Assembly (NCBI GenBank): GCA_030264375.1
Contig: JASCQW010000162.1
Coordinates: 95,411,631 to 95,475,630 of the forward strand
From: Carcharhinus longimanus
Lineage: Eukaryota
Direction: 5' to 3'
DNA length: 64,000 nucleotides
Part shown: in pieces, positions 1 through 10,944 of the stretch
Numbering within the stretch: position 1 is the first letter of the stretch
How the letters are laid out: every line of letters starts with the position of its first letter
Made by a program: the position numbers and the translations under genes
The notes under the pieces: generated by a model
Seen by the model: only the letters and a program-made list of their open reading frames with translations
The model's database searches: none
What the model was told of the DNA's origin: nothing

Positions 1-125
1 CTTAGCTCTAACAAAGGGTCATCCAGACTCGAATCATTGGCTCTATTCTCTCTGCACAGATGCTGTCAGACCTACCGAGATTTTCCAGTCTTTTCTGCTT
101 TTGCTTCAGATTTCGGCATCTTATC
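1..125 (+). repeat. Penelope-like element terminal fragment
   Basis: 'aagggtcatccagactcgaa...cagatgctgtcagacct...gagattttccag' recurs at ~16450-16540 and, partly inverted, at ~60815-60942. Resembles the common shark Penelope-type tail; family assignment from memory. Confidence 0.55.
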
Positions 126-149
126 TTTTGCTTCTTGCTTTTATCTTTT

Positions 150-842
150 GATTTGATCTGATTTGATTTGTTATTATCAGATGTATTGGGGTATGGTGAA
201 AGGTATTGTACAGTGTGCAACATACATGACAAAACATACCATTCATAAAGTACATAGGGGAGAAGGAAAGGAGAGGATGCAGAATATAGTGTTATAGTTA
301 TAGCTAGGGTGTATACAAAGATCAACTTAATATATAGTAGACCCATTCAAAAGCCTGATGGCAGCAGGGAAGAAGCTGTTCTTGAGTCAGTTGGTACGTG
401 ATCTCAGACTTATTTGTATCTTTTTCCCAACAGAACCAGGTGGAAAAGAGTATGTCCAAGGTGCCTGGGATCCTTGATTATGCTGGCTTTCCATCCATTG
501 ACTCTGTCTATACTTCCTGCTGCCTCGGCAAAGCAGCCAGCATAATTAAGGACCCTGGATGTTCTCTCTTCCACCTTCTTCTTTTGGGGAAAAAGATACA
601 AAAGTCTGAGGTCACATACCGACTGACTCAAGAACAACTTCTTCCCTGCTGCTGTCAGACTTTTGAAGGGACTTTACCTTGCATGAAGCTGATCTTTCTC
701 TATACCCTAGCTATGACTGTAACAGTACATTCTGCACGCTTTTGTTTCCTTCTCTATGAATGGTATGTTTTCTCTGTATAGCATGCAAGAAACAATACTT
801 TTCACTGTATAATACATGTGACAATAATAGATCAAATCAATT
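150..842. repeat. Imperfect palindrome made of two LINE 3' ends (Rex1/Rex-Babar-like), tails pointing outward
   Basis: Left arm ~150-490 is the reverse complement of right arm ~530-842 (e.g. 'gcagcagggaagaagctgttcttgagtcagttggta' vs 'taccgactgactcaagaacaacttcttccctgctgc'). Both end in (TCAAA)n-type tails. Right arm encodes a decayed LINE ORF2 C-terminus (SIDSVYTSCCLGKAASIIKDP). Confidence 0.8.
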
Positions 843-2029
843 CAGTGTAGTAAGGGGCTGAGGACACAATTTTGCGGGGCACCGTTGCTGCCAAAGGACA
901 ACGCAAGTAACCATTGAGCAGGCCATAGGCCTTCTGAAGCTTCAGTTGTGATGCCTTAATAGATCTAAATTATCTAAGAACTTTGCAGGGCTATGTTGAA
1001 GGGCCCCATAACGTGGTATATTATGATACCAAAGGCTTTGTCATCCCACTCACACAGCCATGTCACCCACTTTGGTCCCAGTGGCAGGGCTTGCTTCCAC
1101 GAGTTAAAACCCTGGTCAAACTGAGGGTAATCTTTCTTATCATAACAGTTCTGTGTTACTGAAATTATCTGAATTGAGGCAAAAATTGGATTTTCTGGAT
1201 ATCCAAATTCATCCTCAGTTACAATTTGGCATTTACTTTGAGGCTCAGACCAGACACAGCTTTAATTCATGCTACTGAATCCTATCAAATATCACTAAAG
1301 ACACTTAAATTCTTATGGAATAATATGGGATTATAAATCTGAAAAGATTATTACTATATTGTAGATTTATGGTGCTGTGAGTGATACATAATAAATAACT
1401 TTTCTTTAAAGTCTAACATTTGTCACACTAGTGGGTCAATATATGAAGGCAGAGAATAGAATTTATTTGCAAAAACAATTATCCAGCAAACATTAATTTT
1501 ATTTCTATTTCCAAGACAAAAACAAAAAATCTTTCTTTTTCCCCACTGGTAGATCTAATAGATATTTATGCAATTTTCAGAGAATTCAACAATTTTTCTT
1601 TGTGGTTTATCGAATCATGATCTCCCACAACCAAGATGTAAATGTATAGATAAAGAATCCGACTGATGGAAGAAACAGAATTTAGATGTGGCTTATGGAA
1701 CCAAACATTTCCACAGGCAAACAATTTATCTTAAAGAGACTTAAGTAGCAACAATATTGACCTGGACTTTTAACAAATTGCAGCTCTACTGGGGACAACA
1801 GATCACACAGTCTGCAAATAACCCTTACAAAATCTTTCTTTGAACTTAGTCCTAGTATGATGCCTTGTGTTATTTTAATGAGAGTTGAAAGAATACTGTA
1901 TTAAGCAAAACTTTTTCAGCCTCTCTCATTCTCACACTGTCTGTAATAACGATGATTAATTGGTGTGTAACAAGTCTGGAATTACCTCAATATATGCGAT
2001 ACAGAATAAAGACTTGTTATCTATTTTAT

Positions 2030-3075
2030 GATTTCCAATCACTGTAAAGCAAAGAGCAGTAGGCATTGATGCGATGTCAATTATTACTGTAGCATTGGAA
2101 GGAGCAGCAGCTGTCAACGTGACATGTGAAGCAGTGATTCAGTTAGGGTGCATGGAACAGTGTCTGAATGGTGGGAAGTGACTAATGGGGTGACACAAGG
2201 ATTGGTGATGAGACCTTTGCTGTTCCATGTTGTATATTAATTACTTGAAAGTGAGGATAGAGACAAAGCTGTCAACGTTTGCTGGGCACCAAGGTGAGGG
2301 AACGAGGGTTGCTAACAATCAAGAGCAGGTTTATCAGGTGTCAAGAGATCTAGATAGATTGGAATGTCATGTTGTGAATGACAAATTAAATTCAACGTTG
2401 ACAAGTGCAAAGTGATGAGACTAGGGAAGGAGAATAAATATTGAAACTGTAAACGAAATTGTACAGGAAAATAAATTGGGGATATTGATAGACATGTAGT
2501 TGGAATCATTGTAAAACAGTGGTAGGGGAAGCAAATAATATGGTGTGTCACTGGAATAGAACACAAATCACAGAATATGAGTTTAAGCCTACATAGGAAA
2601 TAGAGTAGTCCTATAGTACTGCATACAGTCTGGTTACCCTATTACAAGAAGTACATTACTGTTAAAGATATAGTGAAGGGGCATCTCTCTAAGATCTGGC
2701 ATTGGATACTCGAGTTTCAAGAATTGGAGAAGCTGAGATAGTTTATATTAGAAAAGACGAAAAAAATAGTCAAGGTTGTTGAGGAGATTAGCATGTTCAT
2801 CCTTGAGAAACTGTTTACCATGGCCTTGTGACTGACAATGGGGAGTCATGAGATGAATCTCAGAAGGAGAGTGAATGCTGAAATCATATATAATTACTTC
2901 ACATTGATAACGGTGAACGTTTAGAAAGGAATGTCCTGCAATTGTGGCTTTTGATGCAGTATTTTTTAAGAGGGTGTGAGAGATATTTGACAAGGCAATC
3001 AATATATGCTGGTGATTGTACATTCAGTTTGAATGCTTTAGTGTGAGCCAAATGGACTAAAATGAACTTTTTTGT
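2030..3075 (+). mobile_element. Old, highly decayed CR1-clade LINE (RT C-terminal half and 3' end)
   Basis: Remnants of 'W..VTNGVTQGLVMRPLLFHVVY', 'ETKLSTFA' and 'SRDLDRL', with many stops and frameshifts. Confidence 0.65.
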
Positions 3076-3317
3076 ATGTATATATATACCTATTTATGGA
3101 TCTATGTAGATTCACAAATGCTGTTAAAGAAATGCAACGTGCATGTGTGATGTATAATAATACAATAGAAAGGGCAAAAACGATGACCAAGGAGCAAGAA
3201 CAAGATCCGCATTATATGGAAAAGAAAGTCAAGAAGTGAGAGAGTGTGAAAGAATGGGAGAGGTGTCATTATAATGTTAATTTATCTTATTTCAATAGTT
3301 AGGTCAGGAGTATTAGT

Positions 3318-3830
3318 ATTGGTATCAAAGCGTGAACCAAACCTAAGGTTCTATCAAGTCCATTAATGGCCAAAGGTTTGCCTCATTCAGGAGATCGCAA
3401 TGACTTAAATCAAAGATGGTCCGAGTATTCTCGGAATGCTTTAGAGGAAGTTGTGGATTTTGGGACAAGGCATGGCTGATGTTCAAGCAGCTTACCAGAA
3501 ACTGACGTGACCTGATTCAAATGATCACATCAAGCAACTGGAACTCTTCACTGGATAAAATTAAATGAGTGGAGGTGATGGCAGCTATGTCGCTGTGTTA
3601 TGTCCCCTCAGTATTTGCTGAAGTATAAATAAAGGCATCAAAAAAGTACTATAGACTGCTAGATGAGAACTTGCTGGATTCTATTGTTTAGATTTAACAA
3701 AAAAGATGAAAACATCTCAAAGGCTTTACTCGAAAGGGTCTGAAAACACTTAAGAATAGATTAAAAAAGAACATTGCTTTATCTGTGAAACTTAAAGAAA
3801 CAACTGGAGTCTGTCCTTCAATATCCAGTA
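3318..3830 (+). mobile_element. Possible decayed Ty3/Gypsy gag remnant with PBS-like motif
   Basis: 'tggtatcaaagc' at ~3320 is PBS-like. Downstream broken peptides 'NDLNQRWSEY' and 'DENLLDSIV...DENISKALLE' resemble Gypsy gag 'LRDRIV..I.D..I...LL'. Confidence 0.3.
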
Positions 3831-4764
3831 GCAATCAAACAGTGCACATCAGACATTAAGCGTTAAAGATGGACTGCAATCAGCACAGTACTAGCTGCAT
3901 GGACCTGCTAATGAACGCTACCGGCAGAACTGACGGATTTTAATTCCAGGAACCCATTGCAGCCTGCAGCAAATCGGTATCCTACTGGGAGGCTGGACTT
4001 GTAGACTGCATTAGTGAACCTGAAACTAATAGGGAGTTATTTTAAAAAGCACTCAGAGCAGGGAGATGAATAGAAATTTAAAATTAAATATATTCATAAT
4101 AAGCAACTAAACATGCCGTCATTGAAATGCCTGTGTCTCTCTGGGCACAATATACTGTTTGCCATGTAACATAACTCTCCATTATACAAACAGGGATCTA
4201 TACCTGGATATGCACAGCATTCCCCATAGTGCAAAGACCTATTTATCTGTAGAAACCCTTCTGACTAAAAGCTGCTTTGGGTGCAAAGGTCTTGCTTATT
4301 CTTCAGCTTTTTGGCAATAAGGTTAACTTCAAGAAACCTGAACACTTCTTACGGGAACTGAGAAACCAGAGCTCAATTGTTGCTAGGTATTTAAATATAT
4401 TGACATTATCTCTTTAAGAGGATGCATCCATCCATTTCACATGAAAATGAGGTGTTTATTTTAGCTATGACTTTCAATGCAAATTTGTGGCCATTGTTGC
4501 TTCAGTTCTTCACGTGCGTCAGGAATTGGAGTAAAGAGAAATAAATGGCAAACATGTTCTACACACAAACTGCAAACTTAAAAAAGAGAGATGAGAACAA
4601 TTAATAAAGATTCATGTTCTGGTTTTTCAGTTTGACCTTCAACAATGGGGTGGGGGGGTGTTAAATTAGGTAATGCCCAGAAATGGCTGAGGGAAATGTG
4701 TGTACGATTAATTGTGGATTTAAATGCAGGCACTAGGCCAACTCTCTGCTGCCCTGCAGTCATT

Positions 4765-5037
4765 GCTAACCCCATTGCTGATTGGCTGTGTGCAGTTGGT
4801 GCTAACCATGCTGCTGATTGGCTGTGTGCACCCAGTGCTAACCATGCTGCTGATTGGCTGTGTGCAGCCAGCGCTAACCGCATTGCTGATTGGCTGTGTG
4901 CAGCCAGTGCTAATCCCGCTACTGATTGGCTGTGTGCACCCAGTGCTAACCATGCTGCTGATTGGCTGTGTGCAGCCAGTGCTAACCACATTGCTGATTG
5001 GCTGTGTGCAGCCAGTGCTAACCCCGCTACTAATTGG
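4765..5037. repeat. 36-bp minisatellite, ~7.6 copies, each with an inverted CCAAT box
   Basis: Unit gctaaccatgctgctgattggctgtgtgcagccagt starts at 4765, 4801, 4837, 4873, 4909, 4945, 4981 and 5017 (partial). Confidence 0.95.
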
Positions 5038-5229
5038 AGTATCCAGGTCCTGGGGCAGCAATGGGGTTCTGGATGGGAGAAAGGTTTCGGCAGCAGGAAT
5101 CCTGTCCCACCCGGCTGTCAAAATGGCGGCTTCCTATGTAAAAATGTCACTCCCAGCAGTGGTAGCGCTGCAAACGTTGAAAAGGAGCCACTTTTGAAGA
5201 ATGTGCTGAGGGGGAGTAGCTACGCCACT

Positions 5230-6680
5230 GATGACACATATTTCCCTCTCTTTTATATAACAAATTGGTGCATGGCTGGCTGCAGCAGGAGCGAACCAGG
5301 AGGAGCACATGGAGGAGATGGCACTGGCTATTATTGGGATGGCCATTGCTGAGATTATGGTCAGTGGTGAGACAATGAAAGATGACGATATCCTCAAATC
5401 CAATTCTCCTTTTCACATCCATGTTCCCCCCAATCTCACCAGCCCTGCTGATATCTAAGCTGCAGATGCACAAAACATGCACCTCTAATGATTCCCCTCA
5501 CCTCCTTCACCATAATGTTAGAGCTGTGCCCTTTTCTTTTTAGAAACCCAAGATGTGAAACCTGGCCTGACAGCAAAGGAATACCAAGGAGAGAGTGATG
5601 ATGAAAACACAGGCACAGTGTTAGTATCTGAGCTGGTGGCTGTTAAATGTGAAATCAAGTGATAATGCTATCTTAGAGGATAAATGAGGGCTAGGATCTA
5701 CATATGTTTTGACACCAGACATAGATGCGGCAAGGTGACACAATGGTTAGCATTACTGTTTCACAGCGCCAGGGACCCAGGTTCGATTCCCGGCTTGGGT
5801 TATGTCTGTGTGGGGTTTGCACGTTCTCCCTGTGTCTGTGTGGGTTTCCTCCCAGTGCTGTGGTTTCCTCCCACAGTCCAATAGTGAGCGGGTTAGGTGG
5901 ATTGGCCATGCTAAATTGCCCCTTAGTGTCAGAGGGAGCAGTAGGGTAGATGCATGGGATTATGGGGATAGGGCCTGGGTGGGATTGTAGTCGGTGCTGA
6001 CTCGACTGGCTGAATGGCCTCCTTCTGCACTGTAGGACTTTATGCCTGTTCACCAGAGGGCAAGGTAACATAACAGTTCTACTGATGAGGACTCCGATTT
6101 GATAGAGTAGCCTACATAAACACAATGATGGGTATGCAGAACCCAATGTTTGGTGCATCAAGACATCTGCCAGTAAATCTGTCATCAACGTGAAGGATTA
6201 TGGAGAAACCCAGCACCAGTTTGATACAGGGGTTCTCAACAGAGGTAGCAGCTTGTCCTTTCAGTGTGGAAGCCCATTAACAGGCCTGTGGTGCTAACCA
6301 TGCGCCATTGTTAATGACTAATGCCCTGGTCTCCACTGCACCACAAGCAGCAACTTGAGTGGGTAGCAGAATCTCAGATTGCTGCCACCATGGTTGCGAG
6401 TTCTGCTTTTCAAAGTGATCTGTGGGGGTATTTCAGTTTCAATCTGATTTCCAACAGATATCTAGAGTTGCTGAGGCACTGCCCAGGGGAGAGGCAGTTG
6501 CTCCATGCAGCACAGGACTAACATTGTCTTCAGGATGACATTCTCTCACCCTTGCCTGCCTGCTAGAACTCTCTCTCTTGCATGTCAGTCAGTTAGCCCA
6601 GGCTGCTGGTATCACCACGACACAATGGTGTAGTTTATAGCAGGACTTCCTCAGCCCAGAGCTGCTCTAGGCCATGCTGT
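5230..6680 (+). pseudogene. Decayed Harbinger Myb/SANT-like partner gene remnant (element 1), interrupted by an HE1 SINE
   Basis: Broken peptide 'QQERTRRST / MEEMALAIIGMAIAEIMVSGET' at ~5280-5375 resembles the region after the Myb domain in shark Harbinger partner proteins. It is convergent with the transposase relic at 7350-8340. Confidence 0.45.
5727..6043 (+). mobile_element. HE1-type SINE, CR1-type tail
   Basis: tRNA-like head (A box tggttagca, B box ggttcgattcc), central domain 'gtgggtttcctcc...ctcccacagtccaa', tail 'ggcctccttctgcactgtagga'. Confidence 0.92.
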
Positions 6681-6685
6681 AAGAC

Positions 6686-6968
6686 TACGGTGGCACAGTG
6701 GTTAGCACTGCTGCCCCACAGCACCAACAACCCGGGTTTGATTCCCGGCTTGGGTTACTGTCTGTGTGGAGTCTGCACATTCTTCCTGTGTCTGCGTGGA
6801 TTCCTGATTTCCTCCCACAGTCCAAAGATGTGCTGGTTAGGTGCATTGGCCATGCTAAATTCTCCCTCAGTGTACCCAAACAGGCTCCAGAGTGTGGCAA
6901 CTAGGGGATTTTCACGGAAACTTCATTGCAGTGTTAATGTAAGCCTACTTGTGACACTAATAAATAAA
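6686..6968 (+). mobile_element. HE1-type SINE, alternative tail (subfamily B)
   Basis: Same head and core, followed by 'ttcattgcagtgttaatgtaagcctacttgtgacactaataaataaa'. Confidence 0.92.
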
Positions 6969-6994
6969 TGCACCTTTGTACCAAATTTGTGCCA

Positions 6995-7115
6995 AATCTT
7001 CCATCTCTATGAACTACCAGAGGATGTTAGCTGTGCACATGCTTACACCCTTACCAAGTATTTTCTGGCATTGCGACAGAGATTTCACACCCCAAATGAC
7101 ACCCATTGCTGTCAA
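6995..7115 (+). repeat. 121-bp direct repeat, copy 1
   Basis: Aligns without gaps to 8620-8740 with 7 mismatches by manual count. Confidence 0.95.
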
Positions 7116-7349
7116 TTTGTCAGCAGCCTTCCAGAAGCCGTGTTAGAGCCACTGAGGTATCACTGAGGCAGGCAAAAGACAGACACAAAGAGAGAACACA
7201 AGAGAATTTCTTACGGAATATGGAAAGATTTCATTTCTAAATTGGATTTGGAATTTTTTTTCTGTGTTGCTTTTTATTTGCATTGTGGCCAGTAAATGTT
7301 GTGACAAAGAGAAGGTGCAGTGACAAAGAGAAGGAATTGGGGTTGCGGT

Positions 7350-8340
7350 TCATGGTATTGGAGCAGTTCTTCATCAGACAGCCTGTACAGAAAGGGGCCA
7401 TTCTCCTTTCCTCTTCTTCCTCAATCTCTTCATTCTCCTGTTGCTCACAATTCAGTCGAAAGTAAGAGCAGTCCCTTCGCAATGGCCAGGTTATGCAGCA
7501 GAGCAGCACAAATTTTGATACTTGCCCTGCCAAACATTGCAAGGATTCCTTTAATGCATCCAGGCAGTGGAAAGATGGTTTCAGCAAACAGGTTGTTTGT
7601 TCAATCACATTTTTGAATCGTTGTACACATGCTGCTCCTGTGAGTATGAGTTACATATTGGAGTCATGAGCTACTTCGCCAATAGATTGTACCTATCATT
7701 CAGTAGCCTCTCTTTGGGGCTTCTTTTTTGCGATGGTGGGATGCTGCTGATTATGCCTGGGATACCAGGCATTGCTATGCATGGTTCACTACCTGTGGTC
7801 AATCCCCATCCGTATATCAAGGAAGTGGAATCCCTTTCTGTTCCAGCACAGGACATGCAATACCCACAAAACCATACACTTGGCACCCTGCATCTCAGGA
7901 CGCCTGCAAAGCACATGCTCTCTCCACCTCTGATCTCTGGCAAGAAGGAATGAAATGAGTTAGCACTCTTTGTATAATGGGCCTCTGTTTTGCATTAATC
8001 AATGGTAAACTATAACATGTTGTCAATATCCCCAACTCCTGCCAGGAGGAGCCAGATGCATAAATGTTTATCAGCACAGTCACCTTCACAGCCACTGGTA
8101 ATGCAGTTCTTGCCTTATTTTGAGGTTGGAGGAGTGACTGCATTGTGTGGCAGAGTGCAGTGAGGATGTCCTTTCTGAAGTACAGATGTCTCACACTGTG
8201 TTCCTTGTTGAGGTCCAGGCATGGGGAATTGCTTCGTGAATGCCCTGGGTGCATTTAACTTCCTGCTGAGAGTCTTTGTCCCCCCTTTCAGAACTTTTCC
8301 CTTCCGCTTATTCCTCCAGTCATGTTGAATTCCAAAGGGA
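7350..8340 (-). pseudogene. Decayed PIF/Harbinger DDE transposase (HARBI1-like), element 1
   Basis: Collinear motifs across frames: RHLYFRKDILTALCH..LQPQNKARTALPVAVKVTVLINIYASGS; NRKGFHFLDIRMGIDHR (cf. NRKGFHSLNVQLVCDH); IEQTTCLLKPSFHCLD; LHNLAI; acidic tail EEIEEEEE. Multiple frameshifts and stops. Confidence 0.88.
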
Positions 8341-8619
8341 ATGCTGATTGACTCACCCACGTCTATAAGTAACTACGCCGAGGACAAAAGCCCCTGAGCT
8401 CCTGCCACGTCACTCCCTGTAGTCTTTTTCAAATCGAAACGACTGTAAAAAGCACCAAGCACTTGGACAAAACCAACCAGCAGTGTAACTGAAAATGATT
8501 TCTTTAAGTCGAGCAGAAGGGGGAGTCCTTCTTGCTGCTGAATGTGTGTTTTGTTGTGTGAGGTTAAGAGAGGACATGAGCGCAAACGTTGACCTAAAAA
8601 AGTGCAGCATAGGCATCAC

Positions 8620-8740
8620 AATCTACCATCTCTGTGAACTACCAGAGGATGTTAGCTGTGCATATGCTTACACTCTTACCAAGTATTTTCTGGCATTGTG
8701 ACAGAGATTTTACATCCCAAATGACACCCATTGCTGTCAA
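8620..8740 (+). repeat. 121-bp direct repeat, copy 2
   Basis: Matches 6995-7115 at an offset of 1625 bp. Confidence 0.95.
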
Positions 8741-8884
8741 GCAATGGACATTAACAAGCCCAATGTTTAAATTGAGACCAAGTGAAGGAAACATTGATTA
8801 AACATAGATTTACAACAACAACAGCAGAGTTCCATTGCCCTGCTTTATTGCACCAGTAGGAAGTCTGATACATTTACAGTTTTA

Positions 8885-9335
8885 GAGGCTGTCTGACCTC
8901 CTCACCCCACCAATGGATGTAAAGAGATCACACTGCTTTTTTGAAGAAGAAGAAGGGAGTTCTGCAGGTGTTGTGGCAAACCCGTTATCCATTGACACAC
9001 ATTTCTAAAATAGCAATCTAAGAACATTATTGCAGATGATATTTCAGTGCAGAGCTGAGGCAAAGCTGCTCTGTCACAATTGCTTTCCTTTGAGCCTCTG
9101 GAGGCTATATTTAAAAGATTCCAGGGCTCAATTGGAAAAGGAGGAAGATTCTGCAGGTATCCCGACTAATGTTTATTCCTGAAACAAACATCATTGGTTA
9201 TTCGATCTTATTGCTGTTGGCGAACCTTGCTGTGCATATATTGATTGCCACGTTTCCCTACGTTACAATGGTAACTACACTCCACTGATTGTGAACCACT
9301 CTGAGATGCCAAAAGGTCATGATGTAGGTTTGTTT
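8885..9335 (+). mobile_element. Two tandem decayed SacSINE1/DeuSINE fragments
   Basis: Deu-domain-like 'ggatgtaaagagatc...tttgaagaagaagaagggagttct', and a second copy with 'ttgctgttggcgaaccttgctgtgca...cgtttccctacgttacaa'. Confidence 0.65.
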
Positions 9336-9587
9336 ATGATTTCTTAATATGTGACATTTTTTCAAGAATGCCTAACCGTCTAGACAAGCCCTGGCTGATC
9401 ATAATGTTTGCTGTTGTCACATCCAATTGTTCCTGCTCACTCCTTTCTGACCTCTTGACTCTGTCCATGAATTGTACATCTGAAGCTGACTCACCAGCTC
9501 AGAAGTTATTACAACACTACCAGCTGCTGATTCTTCTAGGCTACAGTTAAGAGTTCACATGGGTCTGAGTGAAATGTTCCTTCTTAC

Positions 9588-10154
9588 TTAACCGTGTTAG
9601 AAATGGCCCACAATTTAACCATGTTAGAACTGGCCAACAATTTAACCATGTTAGAACTGGCCAACAATTTAACCATGTTAGAACTGGCCAACAATTTAAC
9701 CATGTTAAAAATGGCCAACAGTTTAACCATGTTAGAAATGGCCAACAATTTAACCATGTTAGAAATGGCCAACAGTTTAACCATGTTAGAAATGGCCAAC
9801 AGTTTAACCATGTTAGAAATGGCCAACAATTTAAATGTGTTATAAATGGCCAACAATCTAGCCATGTTATAAATGGCCAAAAGATTAACCGTGTTAGAAA
9901 TGGCCAACAATTTAACCGTGTTAGAAATGGCCAAAAGATTAACTGTGTTAGAAATGGCCAACAATTTAACGGTGTTAGAAATGGCCAAAAGATTAACCGT
10001 GTTAGAAATGGCCAAAATATTAACGGTGTTAGAAATGGCCAACAATTTAACCGTGTTAGGAATGGCCAACAATTTAACCGTGTTAGAAATGGCCAACAAT
10101 TTAACTGTGTTAGAAATGGCCAACAATTTAGCCGTTTAGAAATGGCCAACAATT
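9588..10154. repeat. 27-bp minisatellite, ~21 copies
   Basis: Unit ttaaccatgttagaaatggccaacaat with block-wise variants; explains ORFs 9547-10195 on both strands. Confidence 0.96.
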
Positions 10155-10653
10155 CTAAAAGTGATTCCGTGAATGAAAAACAACTTTTAGCTTAATACCT
10201 CATTTGAAGCTGTTACAGTCATTGTGTTATTGAATTTAGTCAGTCCATTCAGCCATAATTGAAATAGAATAGTTAAGGGCTCGCACTAAGATAACCTGGA
10301 ATAAAAAAAATCCGAGAGAAGAAAGAGAGGAAGTTTAGGAACCACAGCAACTGTAACTCACATGCTCCATTCAGTGTGGTTGGAGATGCTGGAACTAATG
10401 CTACTCCCCTGCAACTTTCATTGTTCTCTGTGATCTTTCTTTGCATGATGAAGTACTGCCCTATTTCACAAGGTGTTCATATCTTAGTCTTTTGCCTTGG
10501 CGTGCCATTTTTCAAGAGGTAATCTTCAGTTATGGTCAGGGGAGAGTTGGGTGGGAAGGGGGGAGTTTTGCGGGGGGTAGTGAGGGTTGCAGGTGTGGAA
10601 GCAAAGCTGTATCAATGGCTTTGTTGTCCTCAGTGCTGAGGTTTATTGCCCAC

Positions 10654-10944
10654 TAGAATCACAAAATGCTTACAATGCATCAGGCGGCCATTCGGCCCAT
10701 TGAGTTTGCACTGATTCTCTGACAGAGCATCCCACCCAGGTCCATCACCCCACTCGGCCCCCGTCAACCCACATTTAGTATGGCCAATCTACCTAACCTG
10801 TACATCTTTGAACTGTGGGAAGAAACTGGAGGAAACTCATGTAGGCACTGGGAAAATGTGCAAACCCCACACAGGCAAACACCCAAACCCAGGTCTCTGG
10901 CGCTGCGAGGCAGCAGAACTAACCACTGTGCCACTGTGTCACCC
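10654..10944 (-). mobile_element. HE1-type SINE, CR1-type tail
   Basis: Reverse complement of the HE1 head ('aaccactgtgccactgtgtcacccc'), core and tail. Confidence 0.88.

Noticed and set aside
4578-5352. Overlapping 133-235 aa ORFs with 12-residue repeats
   Set aside because: Produced by the 36-bp minisatellite, which is open in several frames on both strands; no coding evidence.
7350-8340. Domesticated HARBI1 gene
   Set aside because: Numerous frameshifts and stops and degenerate catalytic motifs; a transposon fossil.
6995-8740. Endogenous virus (terminally redundant genome) between the direct repeats
   Set aside because: The enclosed sequence carries Harbinger transposase motifs; no viral polymerase or capsid motifs are seen.
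4765-10154. CRISPR-like appearance of the 36-bp and 27-bp arrays
   Set aside because: Units are directly adjacent with no unique spacers, there are no cas genes, and the DNA is vertebrate.
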